Below, in pieces: positions 45,548 through 46,757 of a stretch of 46,757 nucleotides of DNA. Under the pieces are notes generated by a model that was given only the letters and a program-made list of their open reading frames with translations, searched no databases and was not told where the DNA came from. Source of the stretch: a virus (lineage: Duplodnaviria; Caudoviricetes); the IMG/VR virus record IMGVR_UViG_3300017700_000896, positions 1-46,757 of that record. One strand, given 5' to 3'. A program made the position numbers and the translations under genes. Every line of letters starts with the position of its first letter. Within the stretch, counting starts at the first letter, position 1.

Positions 45548-46117
45548 TTAGGGAGATTCGACCTCAAATGGCAAGGTCATGGTTTCTGTGATTATCGCGC
45601 CGATTACGCCTGTGAAGCAAAGAATTTGGTACACTTTGCCCGTCTCTCTGCTGATTGATAGCGTGATGTCGGAACGCTCATACCATCGCTGGTTGTGCTG
45701 CTCCCCAACGCTCGTTGTTTCTCCGACTCGCTGCAATCCCATGCCAGCGATGAAAAGCGGTTCGCGATTTTGCGAAACTTGCAATCCATCGCGCAAAATT
45801 TCCGCGTAGCTTGAGCCGTTTGGTCCATAAAAAGAACAGATGACATCAACGATCTCGTGCCGCACGAGTTGAGCGCCTTCGCCATCCGCGTCTTCTTTAA
45901 CATAAGCGCTCGCGTCCGCGCGACGATTTGCAAGATCCATCGCGCACCAGTCCACGTCGATGCCGGGCATTGGTGGCGGATCCTTTTGGAAACGCGGGCG
46001 CACCATATTGCCGGGCAAAGCAGTGATTCCGGCGATCAACCCTTGAAAGAAACGGCGCAGCGCGACGAGATCGGGCAAGGTTGTGGTCAGAACGCCACCA
46101 GTTGCGCTCGTGCTCAT
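45548..46117 (-). CDS. Tail terminator/neck protein
   Basis: MSTSATGG.L, GIT.LPG.MVRPR.Q, SFYGP, DGL.V.QN. Confidence 0.8.
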   Translation of the reverse strand: MSTSATGGVLTTTLPDLVALRRFFQGLIAGITALPGNMVRPRFQKDPPPMPGIDVDWCAMDLANRRADASAYVKEDADGEGAQLVRHEIVDVICSFYGPNGSSYAEILRDGLQVSQNREPLFIAGMGLQRVGETTSVGEQHNQRWYERSDITLSISRETGKVYQILCFTGVIGAIITETMTLPFEVESP

Positions 46118-46485
46118 TGGCTGACCCCTTCGTAAGTCGCGAGCGCTTGCGTGAAGCCTTGGCCCCAATTGCCCCAATACTGCACGGGCATCAGTTGCCA
46201 CCGCGCGCCTTGCCACGTGATCACGTCCGCGTAGCCACCGGGCGACTCAGCCATCAACACGGTCCGCGTCCAGATCCGGATCATCCGTGTGAGCTTGGCT
46301 TCGTCTGGAAGCCTCTCAAGCATATCGCCCGGCCCGGCCTGAATGATGGCCGTGATCGGCGTGACGACTTCCGTCAAAACATTCTCGCCAAAGCCGTTGA
46401 CATTGGACGAGCGCCGGATGAGCGTGACCGGATCCGGGCTCACAAAGTCCGGATCGTCCATCAGCTCTGAAACATCGACCGTCAT
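46114..46485 (-). CDS. Head closure protein
   Basis: DVSELMDDPDF, L.RLP, D.ITWQG..W, WG.GF. Confidence 0.8.
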   Translation of the reverse strand: MTVDVSELMDDPDFVSPDPVTLIRRSSNVNGFGENVLTEVVTPITAIIQAGPGDMLERLPDEAKLTRMIRIWTRTVLMAESPGGYADVITWQGARWQLMPVQYWGNWGQGFTQALATYEGVSQ

Positions 46486-46757
46486 TTTGCGCGCACCACA
46501 GATTGGATCGAGTTCAGATATTGCCCGGAGCGGATCAGCGCCTTTGTTCCCTTGAAGCCGTCGCGTTGGCGCGCCTTGATGGTCTTCTTGTCGAGATCCT
46601 TGAAGCCTTCTTGCGAAACGATGAGCTTGCGGACGGCAAGCATGCCGGTGATTCCGGCGCGCTCCAAACCTGCAACAATCGCATTCGGGTTTTTCAAGCC
46701 CAGCTTCGCGCTCTTGCGCAGATCCTCGATGATCTTTGGCTCAACCGATTTCACGCC
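46482..46757 (-). CDS. 3' part of the neck/tail-completion protein that begins at 321
   Basis: TIKARQR.G.KG.K.LI.SGQYLNSI motif; continuous through the terminal repeat. Confidence 0.8.
   Translation of the reverse strand, partial: GVKSVEPKIIEDLRKSAKLGLKNPNAIVAGLERAGITGMLAVRKLIVSQEGFKDLDKKTIKARQRDGFKGTKALIRSGQYLNSIQSVVRAK
46635..46757. repeat. Terminal direct repeat, right copy
   Basis: Identical to 1-123. Confidence 0.95.

Noticed and set aside
1-46757. tRNA, CRISPR array, integrase/repressor, reverse transcriptase/DGR, introns or inteins
   Set aside because: No cloverleaf, spaced repeats or diagnostic motifs seen; intergenic gaps are short; TerL, DnaE and helicase are uninterrupted. By-eye reading could miss weak cases

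Overview
Apparently complete, circularly permuted genome of a lytic contractile-tailed (myovirus-type) dsDNA phage of a Gram-negative host. Bases 1-123 equal 46635-46757, giving a unit length of about 46,634 bp. One minus-strand arm starts near 9.0 kb, wraps through the window ends and finishes at 32.5 kb. It holds terS/terL, portal, gp7/F, prohead protease-scaffold, decoration protein, major capsid, neck, sheath, tube, frameshifted chaperones, tape measure, baseplate, a short fibre and a lysis cassette with nested spanins. A second leftward block (14.8-9.3 kb) holds an SSB-like protein and a Prim-Pol/SF3 primase-helicase. A rightward block (14.9-32.5 kb) holds a flavoprotein, a non-canonical ThyX, a HAD phosphatase, two helical NTP-pyrophosphatase-like proteins, an SDR, a VOC enzyme, a DEDDh exonuclease, a DnaE polymerase, a nuclease, an SNF2 helicase and DUF932. 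I recognised no integrase, repressor, DNA methyltransferase, tRNA or CRISPR array. Top candidates for new biology: (1) a probable pre-replicative pyrimidine/thymidine modification pathway with added SDR and VOC enzymes; (2) a stand-alone paralog of the primase C-terminal domain encoded beside an inverted-repeat/AT-rich origin-like element at the head of the packaging operon; (3) a signal-peptide-like leader on the major capsid protein; (4) structured RNA leaders. All family assignments come from motif recognition by eye; no searches were run.
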